Position numbers and translations under genes: made by a program. Under the pieces are notes generated by a model that ran no database searches, was not told where the DNA came from, and saw only the letters and a list, made by a program, of their open reading frames with translations. From a virus (Duplodnaviria; Caudoviricetes), in IMG/VR virus record IMGVR_UViG_3300042483_000388: a DNA stretch of 64,000 nt, one strand, 5' to 3'. Below are positions 9,010 through 18,725 of this stretch, piece by piece. How positions within the stretch are numbered: the stretch's first letter is position 1; each line of letters begins with the position of its first letter.

Positions 9010-10254
9010 ATGAGAAATATAAAAAGAAAATTATTCACAGAAGGTTTAACCAAAAAAGAATTTTTGCGTCTTGTTGAAGCTCCTATTGATTATGAAGGTT
9101 CAGAAAGAATGGAACCCGGAATTGAAAGAAAGATTACAGGTAAAGAGACTCCTTATCACGGATTTCCTGCAATTCCAAATATGGATAGAGACTTTATTGA
9201 GTTAATATCATCTAAAAGATTTAAAGACTCAGTTGATAAAGTTAGAAATGCTATGGGTGATACCAGAGTAATACAAGGACAAAATCCACTTAATGGTTTG
9301 ATGAATACGGTAATGCAGTCTATGCAAAGACTCGTTATGATTCAAATGCAAAACAAAAAAGTTTTAGAAGATCTTGCGATTGATTTGGTAACAAAAGAAT
9401 TGGGTATTCCAGAAGGTTCATTACAATTCAAAGTTGAGTTAATGCCACAACCAATGTCGGCAGCCAAAGGAATGAAAGAAGAACCTGAAATGCCATCTGA
9501 AGAAGAGATAGAAGAATTCATGGGAGACATGGAAGAATTTGATCTTGAGAGATCAAAAAGAAGATTCATTAATTCTCTTATTCAGGGAGCGGCCTTCAAG
9601 GGAGGTCATATGTTTAACTTGGTTAGAAATGAGCTCAACGATATTAACCCACAACTCATGGACTTGTATGCAGTCACACAATCTTTGATGGAACATGCGT
9701 ATTGGATATTTCCTGACATGGAAGGAATGGCCGGAGGCGGCGGAGGTCAAATGGGACAATCGGAAGTTGATGAAGAAACAGATCCACCAACAGTAAAAGC
9801 TAAAGCTGTTACTTTCCCACTTTTAATTCACGAAATGGTTAAAGGTGTTTATGAAATATTTGGGACACATGGATTGCCTGACGACCCAAAACAACAAGAG
9901 ATGATATTGAATGCTGAAGATACGTTACCAGCAGAAATATGGGATTCAAGATTGGGGCCAATATTTTGGGAGAAATTCGTAGCGACATATCCGATGGAGT
10001 TATACGATGAAGATAAAAAACACATACAACATTATTTGTTTATGAGATTCTCAGCTCTTGACGCTAAAGAGTTTATGATGGTTGCAAAACTTATCTTAAA
10101 TGGAGATCCTAAAGGAAACAAATTCATTCAAAACATGGTTAACGACATTGCAAGAGATTTACAAAGACAAGAGTACAAGGATGCAATGGGGGATGAAGAT
10201 GATGAAGATGATGATAATTTAAGTGGGGTTGATTTTAGTGATATAGATCTTTAA
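9010..10254 (+). CDS. hypothetical protein (probable virion protein)
   Basis: 414 aa, acidic, directly follows 8488..9006. Confidence 0.75.
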   Translation: MRNIKRKLFTEGLTKKEFLRLVEAPIDYEGSERMEPGIERKITGKETPYHGFPAIPNMDRDFIELISSKRFKDSVDKVRNAMGDTRVIQGQNPLNGLMNTVMQSMQRLVMIQMQNKKVLEDLAIDLVTKELGIPEGSLQFKVELMPQPMSAAKGMKEEPEMPSEEEIEEFMGDMEEFDLERSKRRFINSLIQGAAFKGGHMFNLVRNELNDINPQLMDLYAVTQSLMEHAYWIFPDMEGMAGGGGGQMGQSEVDEETDPPTVKAKAVTFPLLIHEMVKGVYEIFGTHGLPDDPKQQEMILNAEDTLPAEIWDSRLGPIFWEKFVATYPMELYDEDKKHIQHYLFMRFSALDAKEFMMVAKLILNGDPKGNKFIQNMVNDIARDLQRQEYKDAMGDEDDEDDDNLSGVDFSDIDL

Positions 10255-10293
10255 TTTTTTGACACACAACTATAAAAAGTATATATTTAAAGT

Positions 10294-10578
10294 ATGAAGA
10301 ATATAGATTGCGAAATATATATAAGTCAGATGATAACGTTTTTTTCGAACAATCCTGGCGATTTTATGGATTTGGTTGGAGATGCCCAAAAAGAAGAGTT
10401 TTACCAAAAGATTAGAGAAAGAAGTTTGAAAAACTTGGAAGATGGTGATGATTGTGTTTTAACTAAACAACAAATTATAGATATTGTTATTGAATTAAAG
10501 GTTCCTGAATTAAGTAATAGAAAAAAAATAGAAAAACACATCTTTAAAACAAAGTTTGGTGATATAAATTTAAACTAA
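10294..10578 (+). CDS. hypothetical protein
   Basis: 94-aa ORF followed by a terminator at 10586-10613. Confidence 0.7.
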   Translation: MKNIDCEIYISQMITFFSNNPGDFMDLVGDAQKEEFYQKIRERSLKNLEDGDDCVLTKQQIIDIVIELKVPELSNRKKIEKHIFKTKFGDINLN

Positions 10579-10683
10579 TGAAGAGACCACGAATAAAATC
10601 GTGGTTTTTTTTTGTAAATTATTTTGTAGATTAGAAATATGTGTTATCTTTGTAAGAGTTAAACAAAAAGAAATATATGAGTT

Positions 10684-10794
10684 ATGAAAACAATAGAGGT
10701 AACAATGCAGGAAATATGGCAAGCCACTAGACCTATCATACAAAAAAGTAAGAAGGCATATACTCGCAAACAAAAACACAAAACACAAAACTAA
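10684..10794 (+). CDS. 36-aa basic peptide, weakly ArfA-like
   Basis: Hand-translated MKTIEVTMQEIWQATRPIIQKSKKAYTRKQKHKTQN, behind TTTG-N18-TATCTTTG. Confidence 0.5.
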   Translation: MKTIEVTMQEIWQATRPIIQKSKKAYTRKQKHKTQN

Positions 10795-10804
10795 AAAATA
10801 AACT

Positions 10805-11563
10805 ATGAAATACACACCTGAACTTATTAAATCTATTGCTCCGGCAATATATGCAACTGCCCCATCTATAAAGATGACAAACAAATATGAGTTTGTCCCT
10901 ACCAATGAGGTAATAGACATCTTTGAACGTGAGGGGTGGGAATTGACATCGGTCAAACAAACAGGACGTGGTGTTCACAATGTACACGAGTTAAAGTTTA
11001 GAAATGGACAACTACCAAATGTTGGGGACACTGCGGCGGAGGCTATCATCCGTAACTCACACGACGGGACGGCAGCTTTCTCAATGGGAGCCGGATTATA
11101 CAGATTAGCATGTAGCAACGGATTGGTAGTCCCAACATCGGTGGTGGAACGATTCTCGATCAAACACAATCACTTCTCTTATGGTGATATAAAAGGGTTA
11201 GTTGAAGAATTTTCAAAGAAACTGCCAAAAATTGAAGAATCTGTTAAGAAAATGATGGAACGTGAGTTGTCAGAAAAAGAAAAACTTCGTTTGGTTAAGG
11301 CGGCGATTAATATCCGTTGGGCGGTTGGAAATGCTCCCGAATCAATTGACGTGAGCGACCTCCTAACACCATTTAGACCTGACGATGAGGGAAGTGACTT
11401 ATGGAGAGTATTTAATGTAATCCAAGAGAAAATGATGAGAGGTGGGTTTTCATATAAAACACCAAAAGGGAGAATAACCAAATTACGTGGGATTAAAAGT
11501 ATTCAAGCATCAAACAGATTAAACACCAAACTTTGGGAAGCGGCTGAGTTAATGTTAGTATAA
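10805..11563 (+). CDS. DUF932-family protein
   Basis: NSHDGTAAF, GLYRLACSNGLV, DLWRVFNVIQEKMMRGG motifs. Confidence 0.8.
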   Translation: MKYTPELIKSIAPAIYATAPSIKMTNKYEFVPTNEVIDIFEREGWELTSVKQTGRGVHNVHELKFRNGQLPNVGDTAAEAIIRNSHDGTAAFSMGAGLYRLACSNGLVVPTSVVERFSIKHNHFSYGDIKGLVEEFSKKLPKIEESVKKMMERELSEKEKLRLVKAAINIRWAVGNAPESIDVSDLLTPFRPDDEGSDLWRVFNVIQEKMMRGGFSYKTPKGRITKLRGIKSIQASNRLNTKLWEAAELMLV

Positions 11564-11595
11564 AAAACACGGGGGTAAAATACCCCCTTTATGTT

Positions 11596-11937
11596 ATGGA
11601 AAATAAATTATTTAGAATAGAAAAGAAAATATTGGATAACCTTACAGATCAGGAAGGTATCATATATTCTGAGATTAGGGTGTCAAACAATCCTCTAACA
11701 ATAGATGAATTAACTAAAAGAGATAAATTCAAGCCCGTTTATTATGATAGTATAATGCATGATGATAAAATAATTCATGCTGAAGCAATTTTTTTAAATA
11801 CTTCTAACTTTTATTTATATTTATCAAGAGAGGATTATAATATTAATAGTTATGAGATGAAAATATATTATAAGGCTTCAGACCTAAATGAAGTAAATTT
11901 CTTTATAATGGGATTAAAACGATTAAAACAAAAATAA
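11596..11937 (+). CDS. hypothetical protein
   Basis: 113-aa ORF. Confidence 0.7.
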   Translation: MENKLFRIEKKILDNLTDQEGIIYSEIRVSNNPLTIDELTKRDKFKPVYYDSIMHDDKIIHAEAIFLNTSNFYLYLSREDYNINSYEMKIYYKASDLNEVNFFIMGLKRLKQK

Positions 11938-11938
11938 A

Positions 11939-12256
11939 ATGGAAATTAATAGTGTAGATTTACAACAAAAAATTAACAACGGTGAGAAAGTAATTGTTGA
12001 GTTCTGGGCCGAATGGTGTGGTCCGTGCAAGATGATGAAACCTATATTTGAAAAAGTTGCAAATAGTAATGAAAATGGTGACGCTCAAATGTATACAATG
12101 AATATTGATTTAAATAGAGAAGTTGGGGCGTCATTGGGGATTAGAAGTATTCCAACAATTAAAGTTTTTAATGGTGGGTCAGTTATTGACACCAAAGTTG
12201 GGATGTTAAATGAGACATCCATAAAAGATATGGTAAAAGAATTAATAAATGGATAA
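11939..12256 (+). CDS. trxA: thioredoxin
   Basis: FWAEWCGPCK active site, SIPT cis-Pro loop. Confidence 0.95.
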   Translation: MEINSVDLQQKINNGEKVIVEFWAEWCGPCKMMKPIFEKVANSNENGDAQMYTMNIDLNREVGASLGIRSIPTIKVFNGGSVIDTKVGMLNETSIKDMVKELING

Positions 12257-12536
12257 GATAGCAGTTATTTTTACTATGAAGGGGTGTCCCCATTGTATTA
12301 TTCTTAAAGAGATGTTAGAGAAGGATGGGATTGACTATATTGATAGAGACATCAATGATTATGAAGAGGAGTATGATATGTTTGTAGAAGCCACAGGAAA
12401 CGATTTTGTTCCGGCATTTATGTTAATTGAAAATCCTGAGAGTGAAAAACCTAACACGGGGTTATATGCCCCTGATAGAGACTTTGAAGATGTGGAACAC
12501 GGATTAAAGATAATCAAAGAATTTTTTGAGAGATAA
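12249..12536 (+). CDS. glutaredoxin/NrdH-like redoxin
   Basis: GCPHC motif, FVPAF loop. Confidence 0.8.
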   Translation: MDKIAVIFTMKGCPHCIILKEMLEKDGIDYIDRDINDYEEEYDMFVEATGNDFVPAFMLIENPESEKPNTGLYAPDRDFEDVEHGLKIIKEFFER

Positions 12537-12539
12537 TAA

Positions 12540-12570
12540 AAAACCCCTCCGTTAAGAGGGGGTATTTTTT
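12540..12570. terminator. bidirectional intrinsic terminator
   Basis: aaaacccctc-cgttaa-gagggggtatttt between convergent genes. Confidence 0.7.
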
Positions 12571-13264
12571 ATATAATAATCACGTCCTTTAAACGATCCT
12601 GAACCATGAATGGTTTATCTTTTGTTTGATCAAAAACATCATGGAAAAACTCGTAATCGGCAAATCTTTCATTAAAGGACTCCAAGTCCATATCAAACAC
12701 ATCTAAAACTAAACTCTCAATTTTATCGTTATCGATATGTGAATTACAAGATACTTTAATTTTGCGATCCCCATCTTCATTTTCTTCATTAGTATAGTAT
12801 AAATAAACTTGATCTACATTAAGTAATGAATACATATGGTTAAACATATATTGTGAGTAATAAACAATTGACCTACCGCACCCTAAACTATGTCCATATG
12901 GAAACTCTGAACTACAAGTTAGTTCAGAAATGGGTTCGTCTTCAACGGTGTATAGATCCTTATGTGTTGAAATCCATTTATTATCAAAATTCTTAATATC
13001 TTGATCGTATTTGATAATATCAATTACGTTTAAATTTTTTCTGTTAACTTCTGTTAACACATCATCGAACCAATTTGAAAAATCAGTTTTTAGTTCATTT
13101 AAATCCAACACTTCTTTACTTGTTGTCATACCATTAACAACAATAAATGTTTCACAATCTGTTACTTGGATTATTGTGTTGTCCTTCTTATCAAATTTAG
13201 AAAGGATGTAGTCGGCAAATAGATTCACAAAGTATCTTCGTGTGTTTTTTTCTAATTTTCTCAT
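12569..13264 (-). CDS. hypothetical protein, possibly a degenerate SAM synthetase (MetK)-like fold
   Basis: ADYILSKF...IIQVTDCETFIVVNGMTTS resembles the MetK N-terminal strand pattern; catalytic motifs not evident. Confidence 0.35.
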   Translation of the reverse strand: MRKLEKNTRRYFVNLFADYILSKFDKKDNTIIQVTDCETFIVVNGMTTSKEVLDLNELKTDFSNWFDDVLTEVNRKNLNVIDIIKYDQDIKNFDNKWISTHKDLYTVEDEPISELTCSSEFPYGHSLGCGRSIVYYSQYMFNHMYSLLNVDQVYLYYTNEENEDGDRKIKVSCNSHIDNDKIESLVLDVFDMDLESFNERFADYEFFHDVFDQTKDKPFMVQDRLKDVIII

Positions 13265-13313
13265 ATTTTTTATTTTTATAATTAATATGAGTTTTATTTG
13301 GATTTATAAATAG

Positions 13314-14444
13314 TTAGATATAATCAACAAACATTTCGTTTATGTATTTTTGAGTTGTAGACCAATCTGGATAATCAGGAGTGCTAAAATCTATACAATC
13401 AAAATCATCATCGTAGATTAGTTGTTTCATCAAAGTAGTATAACTACCAAAATAATCTAAATATGAATCACTATAAGATCGACCTTTTTGTATTTCTAAA
13501 AATGCTGTAATGTTTCCAACAAAATCTCTAATTTTAATATAATTTAAGTATGTGGTTACTTTTTTACCATCCGATTTGGTAGTTTCTTTTGGTACTTCAT
13601 CAATTTTTCCTTCAAAGTATTCATTTAAACCATCATATACTAATTCATATATTTCATTTTCATATGCAGAATTATAAGCGTTCCAATAAATATTTTTTAA
13701 TTCTTGACCTAACTCACTTAAATCATTTTCACATAGTTCGTTTATTGCGTCGGAATCTTTAATTAATTCATTTAAGTCTTCAGCTTGAATTTTAAAATAA
13801 CCTTCAGTTCCCTGTTCTTCAGATAAACTTTCAAAAAAATCAGAGCTATAATCCTCTAAAGATAATTCAACATTACCAATTTCTTTAAAAATAGCATCTT
13901 TTAAATGAATGGTATTTTTTTCATTTAAATCGTCAATAACTTCAGATGGTTTTGTATCATTATCAAAATACCAATCATTACCTAAACCATCTTCACTAAA
14001 TACTCGTTTTGCAACATCTTCAGGAGAACTATCACGACGAGAGGAACCGCAGAAAAAATCAGCTAACTCATCCCTATCATTACCTAAATATAGGTAGAAC
14101 CCATCAGGTCTAATTTCAACATCACTTAAAAGGTTGCTTGTAATATATTTAACGGTATTTTCATAGTTATATTCTAAACCATGTAGTAAATAATTGTTTT
14201 GAAACTCTTCAGGAACAGAATTATAGTCTAAATTAGCCATAATACCATTCTCAACCAAATAATCAAACAATTCATTACTAAAATCATCAGAAGGTATAGA
14301 TCCTAAATCAAGGTCATCTAAAAGATTGTATTTTTTAATGAATTTAAAAAAATTTATTAATGTATTGAAGTATGGTTTTATTTCATTTTCATAATCACCA
14401 TCATTGAATAATTCTATTAAATTTTTTACCCTCTCTAAACTCAT
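13314..14444 (-). CDS. acidic hypothetical protein
   Basis: 376 aa, TATTTATA 4 nt upstream. Confidence 0.75.
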   Translation of the reverse strand: MSLERVKNLIELFNDGDYENEIKPYFNTLINFFKFIKKYNLLDDLDLGSIPSDDFSNELFDYLVENGIMANLDYNSVPEEFQNNYLLHGLEYNYENTVKYITSNLLSDVEIRPDGFYLYLGNDRDELADFFCGSSRRDSSPEDVAKRVFSEDGLGNDWYFDNDTKPSEVIDDLNEKNTIHLKDAIFKEIGNVELSLEDYSSDFFESLSEEQGTEGYFKIQAEDLNELIKDSDAINELCENDLSELGQELKNIYWNAYNSAYENEIYELVYDGLNEYFEGKIDEVPKETTKSDGKKVTTYLNYIKIRDFVGNITAFLEIQKGRSYSDSYLDYFGSYTTLMKQLIYDDDFDCIDFSTPDYPDWSTTQKYINEMFVDYI

Positions 14445-14521
14445 ATTTTATAAATATCTATTAAACAAAAAAAAAAGGCGTTCTAAAACAGAACACCTTA
14501 ATTTCGATGATACACAAAATA

Positions 14522-14680
14522 TTATTTTCTATAATATTTATTAATAATTTTTTTCACAGATTCTTGCACATTTGAACCATTTGGTGGTGATTGAGGTTGT
14601 GCTTGAGGTTGAGCTTGAGGTTGTGCTTGAGGTTGTTGAGCTTGTTGGTTTTGTTTGTTTTTACATCCACATCCGGCCAT
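14522..14680 (-). CDS. small protein MAGCGCK... with QAQP repeats
   Basis: Start reset to ATG 14680; 12-bp tandem repeats; terminator at about 14470-14500. Confidence 0.7.
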   Translation of the reverse strand: MAGCGCKNKQNQQAQQPQAQPQAQPQAQPQSPPNGSNVQESVKKIINKYYRK

Positions 14681-14786
14681 AACGATTATTTTTAATAAGT
14701 TTATTTTTATATATAAATATATCCATAATAAGATTACTTTAAGTTTTTTAAATGTCAATTATTAGTTATTGTTATATTTATAATAT

Positions 14787-16001
14787 ATGTCACTAAAAAC
14801 ATTTTTTAAAAATTACCTAATAGAACAAGATGAGAATCTTGTTAGTGTTACTCCCGAACAATATGTTGAAACATTGGGAGATGTTGGTGGCATTGCAGAT
14901 AGAATTGCTAAACTAAAACAATATAGGGGTAAAGGTATTGTTATTACTGGACCACTAAGTGTTACTAACTACAAAAACATTGGGCCACTAACAGGTGTTG
15001 TTAGAGTAATGGGTAGATTAGATATTTCTCATACCAATATTTCAAATCTTAATGGAATTACAGTCGATGGTTATGTTAGTGATTATGGATCTTCTATGTG
15101 GAAGATTAAAATGCAACAAAAATTAAATGAAAAACTTTCAGACTTGGATGAAAAAAGAAGAGAAGATGAATGGAATGTTGAAAACCAAGATGATGAATCT
15201 GAAAGAACTGAAGCCGTATACAAATATTTAAATCAACATGGTGATGTGGATATGGTTGAAGACGACGAAGGAAATGAAGTTCCTGAAGATAAGTATTATA
15301 TCAATCCTAATGGAAGGGCAACCTATGGTTACGGAAAACAATATGAATGGTTAGGAGGTGGTAATGGGTTTAATCCCAATGAATATGATGTTTATACTGA
15401 AGATGAGGCAGATAGTGCCGCAAGACAAGCTGTTGAAAATTTAGTTGATGATTCAGGAATGGATGCGTTTAGTTCGTGGGCATTCAATGATGCTTTAAAT
15501 GATAGACAATGGTATGATTGGTTATATGATTACTACGATGATTATATTAGATCATCTCCTGAGGATTTTGATATACCTTTAGAACTATCAAATCAACAAA
15601 TGACACAAGTTCAACAACTACAATCAAACATAGATTCACTTAATAAAAGATTAGAAAGTGAAGATTTACCTGATGAAAAATATGAAGAAATTGAAATAAA
15701 AATTGAAGGGTTGGAAGAAATAATTCAAGAAATCAATGATGACCCACAAGGTGAATATGATGTAAGTTCAATTGAAAATGAAATTACAGGTAGAGTTGAT
15801 GAATACAAAGACGACATTTACGGGTTTATTGATCATCATGGTTATGATAAAGACTTTATCATGGATTTTATTGATTTAGATAAACTAACGGAAACGGTAG
15901 TAAGTTCTGACGGATATGGTAGTATGTTAAATTCTTACGATGGTGATTATGATACTTTTAATATAAATGGAACTGAGTATTACGTAATGAGGGTCTCTTA
16001 G
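14787..16001 (+). CDS. acidic hypothetical protein with an N-terminal LRR-like segment
   Basis: 404 aa; ITGPLSVTN...GRLDISHTNISNL; leader ending LIEQ. Confidence 0.7.
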   Translation: MSLKTFFKNYLIEQDENLVSVTPEQYVETLGDVGGIADRIAKLKQYRGKGIVITGPLSVTNYKNIGPLTGVVRVMGRLDISHTNISNLNGITVDGYVSDYGSSMWKIKMQQKLNEKLSDLDEKRREDEWNVENQDDESERTEAVYKYLNQHGDVDMVEDDEGNEVPEDKYYINPNGRATYGYGKQYEWLGGGNGFNPNEYDVYTEDEADSAARQAVENLVDDSGMDAFSSWAFNDALNDRQWYDWLYDYYDDYIRSSPEDFDIPLELSNQQMTQVQQLQSNIDSLNKRLESEDLPDEKYEEIEIKIEGLEEIIQEINDDPQGEYDVSSIENEITGRVDEYKDDIYGFIDHHGYDKDFIMDFIDLDKLTETVVSSDGYGSMLNSYDGDYDTFNINGTEYYVMRVS

Positions 16002-16041
16002 GGCTTTATTTGTTTTATAATTTACATTATTTTTATTTTTA

Positions 16042-16827
16042 ATGACACGTAGAAAAAAAATACAATTTTTAATGAACACCGATTGGATGTTTGAAAGACC
16101 AATTGACCGAGAACACAAAGAATATAGATTACTATCCTTTTTCCAAAAAATGGGAGAAAAATTGGATAACCTTGAGTTATATCCAGGGTTCATTGAATTA
16201 TCATTACATTTAATGAACGTCCAATCTCTAATTAAAGACAAAAATATTGTTTATACCGATAAGAAATTTGCCGGAATAGATGATGAGTTATTGGTTAAAG
16301 ATTTAAAGTTAAAACAATTACCAGATATGACGGAGGGAGAAACAAAAGAATTCATTGAAATTCTAAATTTCTCAGCACCAAGAATAATTGAATACTTTAA
16401 TATTGCAAAGTCTGTTTGGACAATAGTGTTTGATTCTATTGGTATGAAAATAAAGAAGAACCAAAATAACATTCTAAACCCGAAAGGTTTCTTTTATTAT
16501 ATGGATGAAAAAACAAAAAAATATTATGTTTGGCAATACATTCTTAAAAAAGAAGCCAAATCTACTACAGAAAAAATGTCTAACATCAATTTAATTTATA
16601 ATGATGAATTAAGTGGTTTAACCCTAACAAAAATTATATCCAAATTTTCCACATTTGATCCTTCATATATTAAGGTGTCACCGGTTTTTCATATGATATC
16701 CTCAGGGGAGTTTCCAATTAACGAAACGTTATATCCAATGTTTAAAAGACGAATAGCCGCACACATATCACAAACAAAAGTATTATCTCAATATAATGAG
16801 AACAAAGAAAACTATAAAATGAAATAA
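16042..16827 (+). CDS. hypothetical protein
   Basis: 261-aa ORF. Confidence 0.75.
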   Translation: MTRRKKIQFLMNTDWMFERPIDREHKEYRLLSFFQKMGEKLDNLELYPGFIELSLHLMNVQSLIKDKNIVYTDKKFAGIDDELLVKDLKLKQLPDMTEGETKEFIEILNFSAPRIIEYFNIAKSVWTIVFDSIGMKIKKNQNNILNPKGFFYYMDEKTKKYYVWQYILKKEAKSTTEKMSNINLIYNDELSGLTLTKIISKFSTFDPSYIKVSPVFHMISSGEFPINETLYPMFKRRIAAHISQTKVLSQYNENKENYKMK

Positions 16828-16866
16828 AATTTTGACAAAGAAGATTTAATTGTTTAAATTTTTAGT

Positions 16867-16995
16867 ATGATAGAAATAGATGTATTTAAAATAATTAAAG
16901 ACTTAATTGCGGAATACCCAAATGATACAGATTTGGGAAAAAAAGTTAGAGATCTAGTTTATGGAATTAAAAAAATAAAACAAAATGGGATTTAA
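16867..16995 (+). CDS. 42-aa hypothetical protein (YPNDxxLG motif)
   Basis: Hand-translated MIEIDVFKIIKDLIAEYPNDTDLGKKVRDLVYGIKKIKQNGI. Confidence 0.55.
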   Translation: MIEIDVFKIIKDLIAEYPNDTDLGKKVRDLVYGIKKIKQNGI

Positions 16996-17167
16996 TAAAA
17001 GAACAATTTCTAAAAAACATATCCTTAATAATGTGGATAACATAATGAATTATTTAGACGCTGATGCGGTATTCACCACCGACGAATTCTCACTCAACGT
17101 TTATAGAATGTTCAATCAAGGAAAATCAGAAGAAGAAATAGTAGAATACATAAATAATAATATATGA
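16985..17167 (+). CDS. hypothetical protein
   Basis: 60-aa ORF coupled to the glutamine synthetase gene. Confidence 0.65.
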   Translation: MGFNKRTISKKHILNNVDNIMNYLDADAVFTTDEFSLNVYRMFNQGKSEEEIVEYINNNI

Positions 17168-18294
17168 AATTTTTTTTAGAATACGTGTGGCTTGACGGAT
17201 ATAAACCAGAGCCAAATCTTAGAAGTAAAGTTAAGATTGTTGAATACGAATCGATTAAGACCTTAAAAATTGAAGATTTTCCTGTATGGAATTTTGATGG
17301 GTCATCAACTAATCAAGCAGAGACAGGTAAGTCCGATTGTTTATTAAAACCGGTTAGACTTTATAAATCGGAATCTTTTCCATTGGAAAGAAGCGTTCTT
17401 TATGTGTTTTGTGAGGTATTAAATCCTGATGGAACACCTCACGAGTCAAATAAAAGATCAAGTATTAGTGAAGGTTTTGAAGATCTTTGGTTTGGTTTTG
17501 AACAAGAGTATTTTATTCGTGAAGAAGTTAATGGAAGAATTTTAGGTCACAATAGAAAGATTCTAAAAGGTCAAGGTGAATATTACTGTGGTGTGGGTCA
17601 TAATGTTGTTGGTCGTGAGTTTGTTGAACAACATACAAATATGTGTTTAGATTATGGTATTGGTATTACCGGAACAAACGCTGAGGTTGCTTTAGGTCAG
17701 TGGGAATACCAAGTTTTTTCTAAAGGTAAATTAAAAGGTGGTGACGATCTTTGGATGACTAGATACTTCCTTCATAAAATTGCCGAGAAATATGAATACC
17801 AAATAGAACTTCACCCAAAACCAGTACTACATAATGAATGGAATGGATCAGGTCTTCACACAAACTTTTCAACAGACATAATGAGATTAGATGGTAACGA
17901 AGAATACTTCATGGCATTATTCAACGCATTTGAATCAAGACACGAAGACCATATTAAGGCTTATGGGTCAAACAATCACTTACGATTGACCGGTGAATAT
18001 GAAACTCAAGCAATTGATAAATTTAGTTGGGGTGTATCTGATCGTGGAGCGTCAATTAGAGTTCCTCAGGACACAGCAAAAGAATGGAAAGGTTATATTG
18101 AAGATAGAAGACCAGGTTCAAATGCCGATCCTTACAAGATTATTCGTGAGATTGTTAAATCACTTGATGTCACACAACAAATATATGATACAAAACATAT
18201 GATGACTTCATTTGTTGATATGAATGGTCTTACCGGGAAATACGGCACAATGTCTAACGATGAGTTATTAAAAGAATATAGAGAAGAAGAATGA
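17164..18294 (+). CDS. glnII: glutamine synthetase type II
   Basis: EYVWLDG, WNFDGSST, GFEQEY, NAEVALGQWEYQ, WNGSGLHTNFS, DRGASIRVP, YIEDRRPGSNADPY. Confidence 0.92.
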   Translation: MKFFLEYVWLDGYKPEPNLRSKVKIVEYESIKTLKIEDFPVWNFDGSSTNQAETGKSDCLLKPVRLYKSESFPLERSVLYVFCEVLNPDGTPHESNKRSSISEGFEDLWFGFEQEYFIREEVNGRILGHNRKILKGQGEYYCGVGHNVVGREFVEQHTNMCLDYGIGITGTNAEVALGQWEYQVFSKGKLKGGDDLWMTRYFLHKIAEKYEYQIELHPKPVLHNEWNGSGLHTNFSTDIMRLDGNEEYFMALFNAFESRHEDHIKAYGSNNHLRLTGEYETQAIDKFSWGVSDRGASIRVPQDTAKEWKGYIEDRRPGSNADPYKIIREIVKSLDVTQQIYDTKHMMTSFVDMNGLTGKYGTMSNDELLKEYREEE

Positions 18295-18512
18295 TTGAAC
18301 AAGTAAACCATCCACAACATTACGGAGGAGAAAATAATGAATATGAGACAATTAAGGTTATTGATGCTTGGGGATTAGGATTCTCATTGGGTAATACTGT
18401 AAAGTATATCTCAAGAGCTGGAAAGAAAGAAAAGGATAAAGAGTTACAAGACCTTAAGAAAGCTTTATTTTATTTAAAACATCATATTGATAATTTAGAA
18501 AAAAATGTCTAA
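18291..18512 (+). CDS. DUF3310-family phage protein
   Basis: VNHPQHY, GNTVKYISRAGKK, DLKKALFYL. Confidence 0.85.
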   Translation: MIEQVNHPQHYGGENNEYETIKVIDAWGLGFSLGNTVKYISRAGKKEKDKELQDLKKALFYLKHHIDNLEKNV

Positions 18513-18720
18513 AATGAAATTAACTGAAGAACAAAAAAATCAGATCCTCAATCAATATGAGGGGTTAAAAAATGACGAACAAACACTTGGTGAAGTACAC
18601 GGAATAATTGTTGATTTTTGTGTTGATGAACACATTGTTGACTTATCAGATGATGAGGATGGTGACCTTTACGAAGAGTTTTCAAATGAAGCATGGGATT
18701 TTTTAGAGAGTATTAAATAA
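18505..18720 (+). CDS. hypothetical protein
   Basis: 71-aa acidic ORF. Confidence 0.65.
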   Translation: MSKMKLTEEQKNQILNQYEGLKNDEQTLGEVHGIIVDFCVDEHIVDLSDDEDGDLYEEFSNEAWDFLESIK

Positions 18721-18725
18721 TAGAA

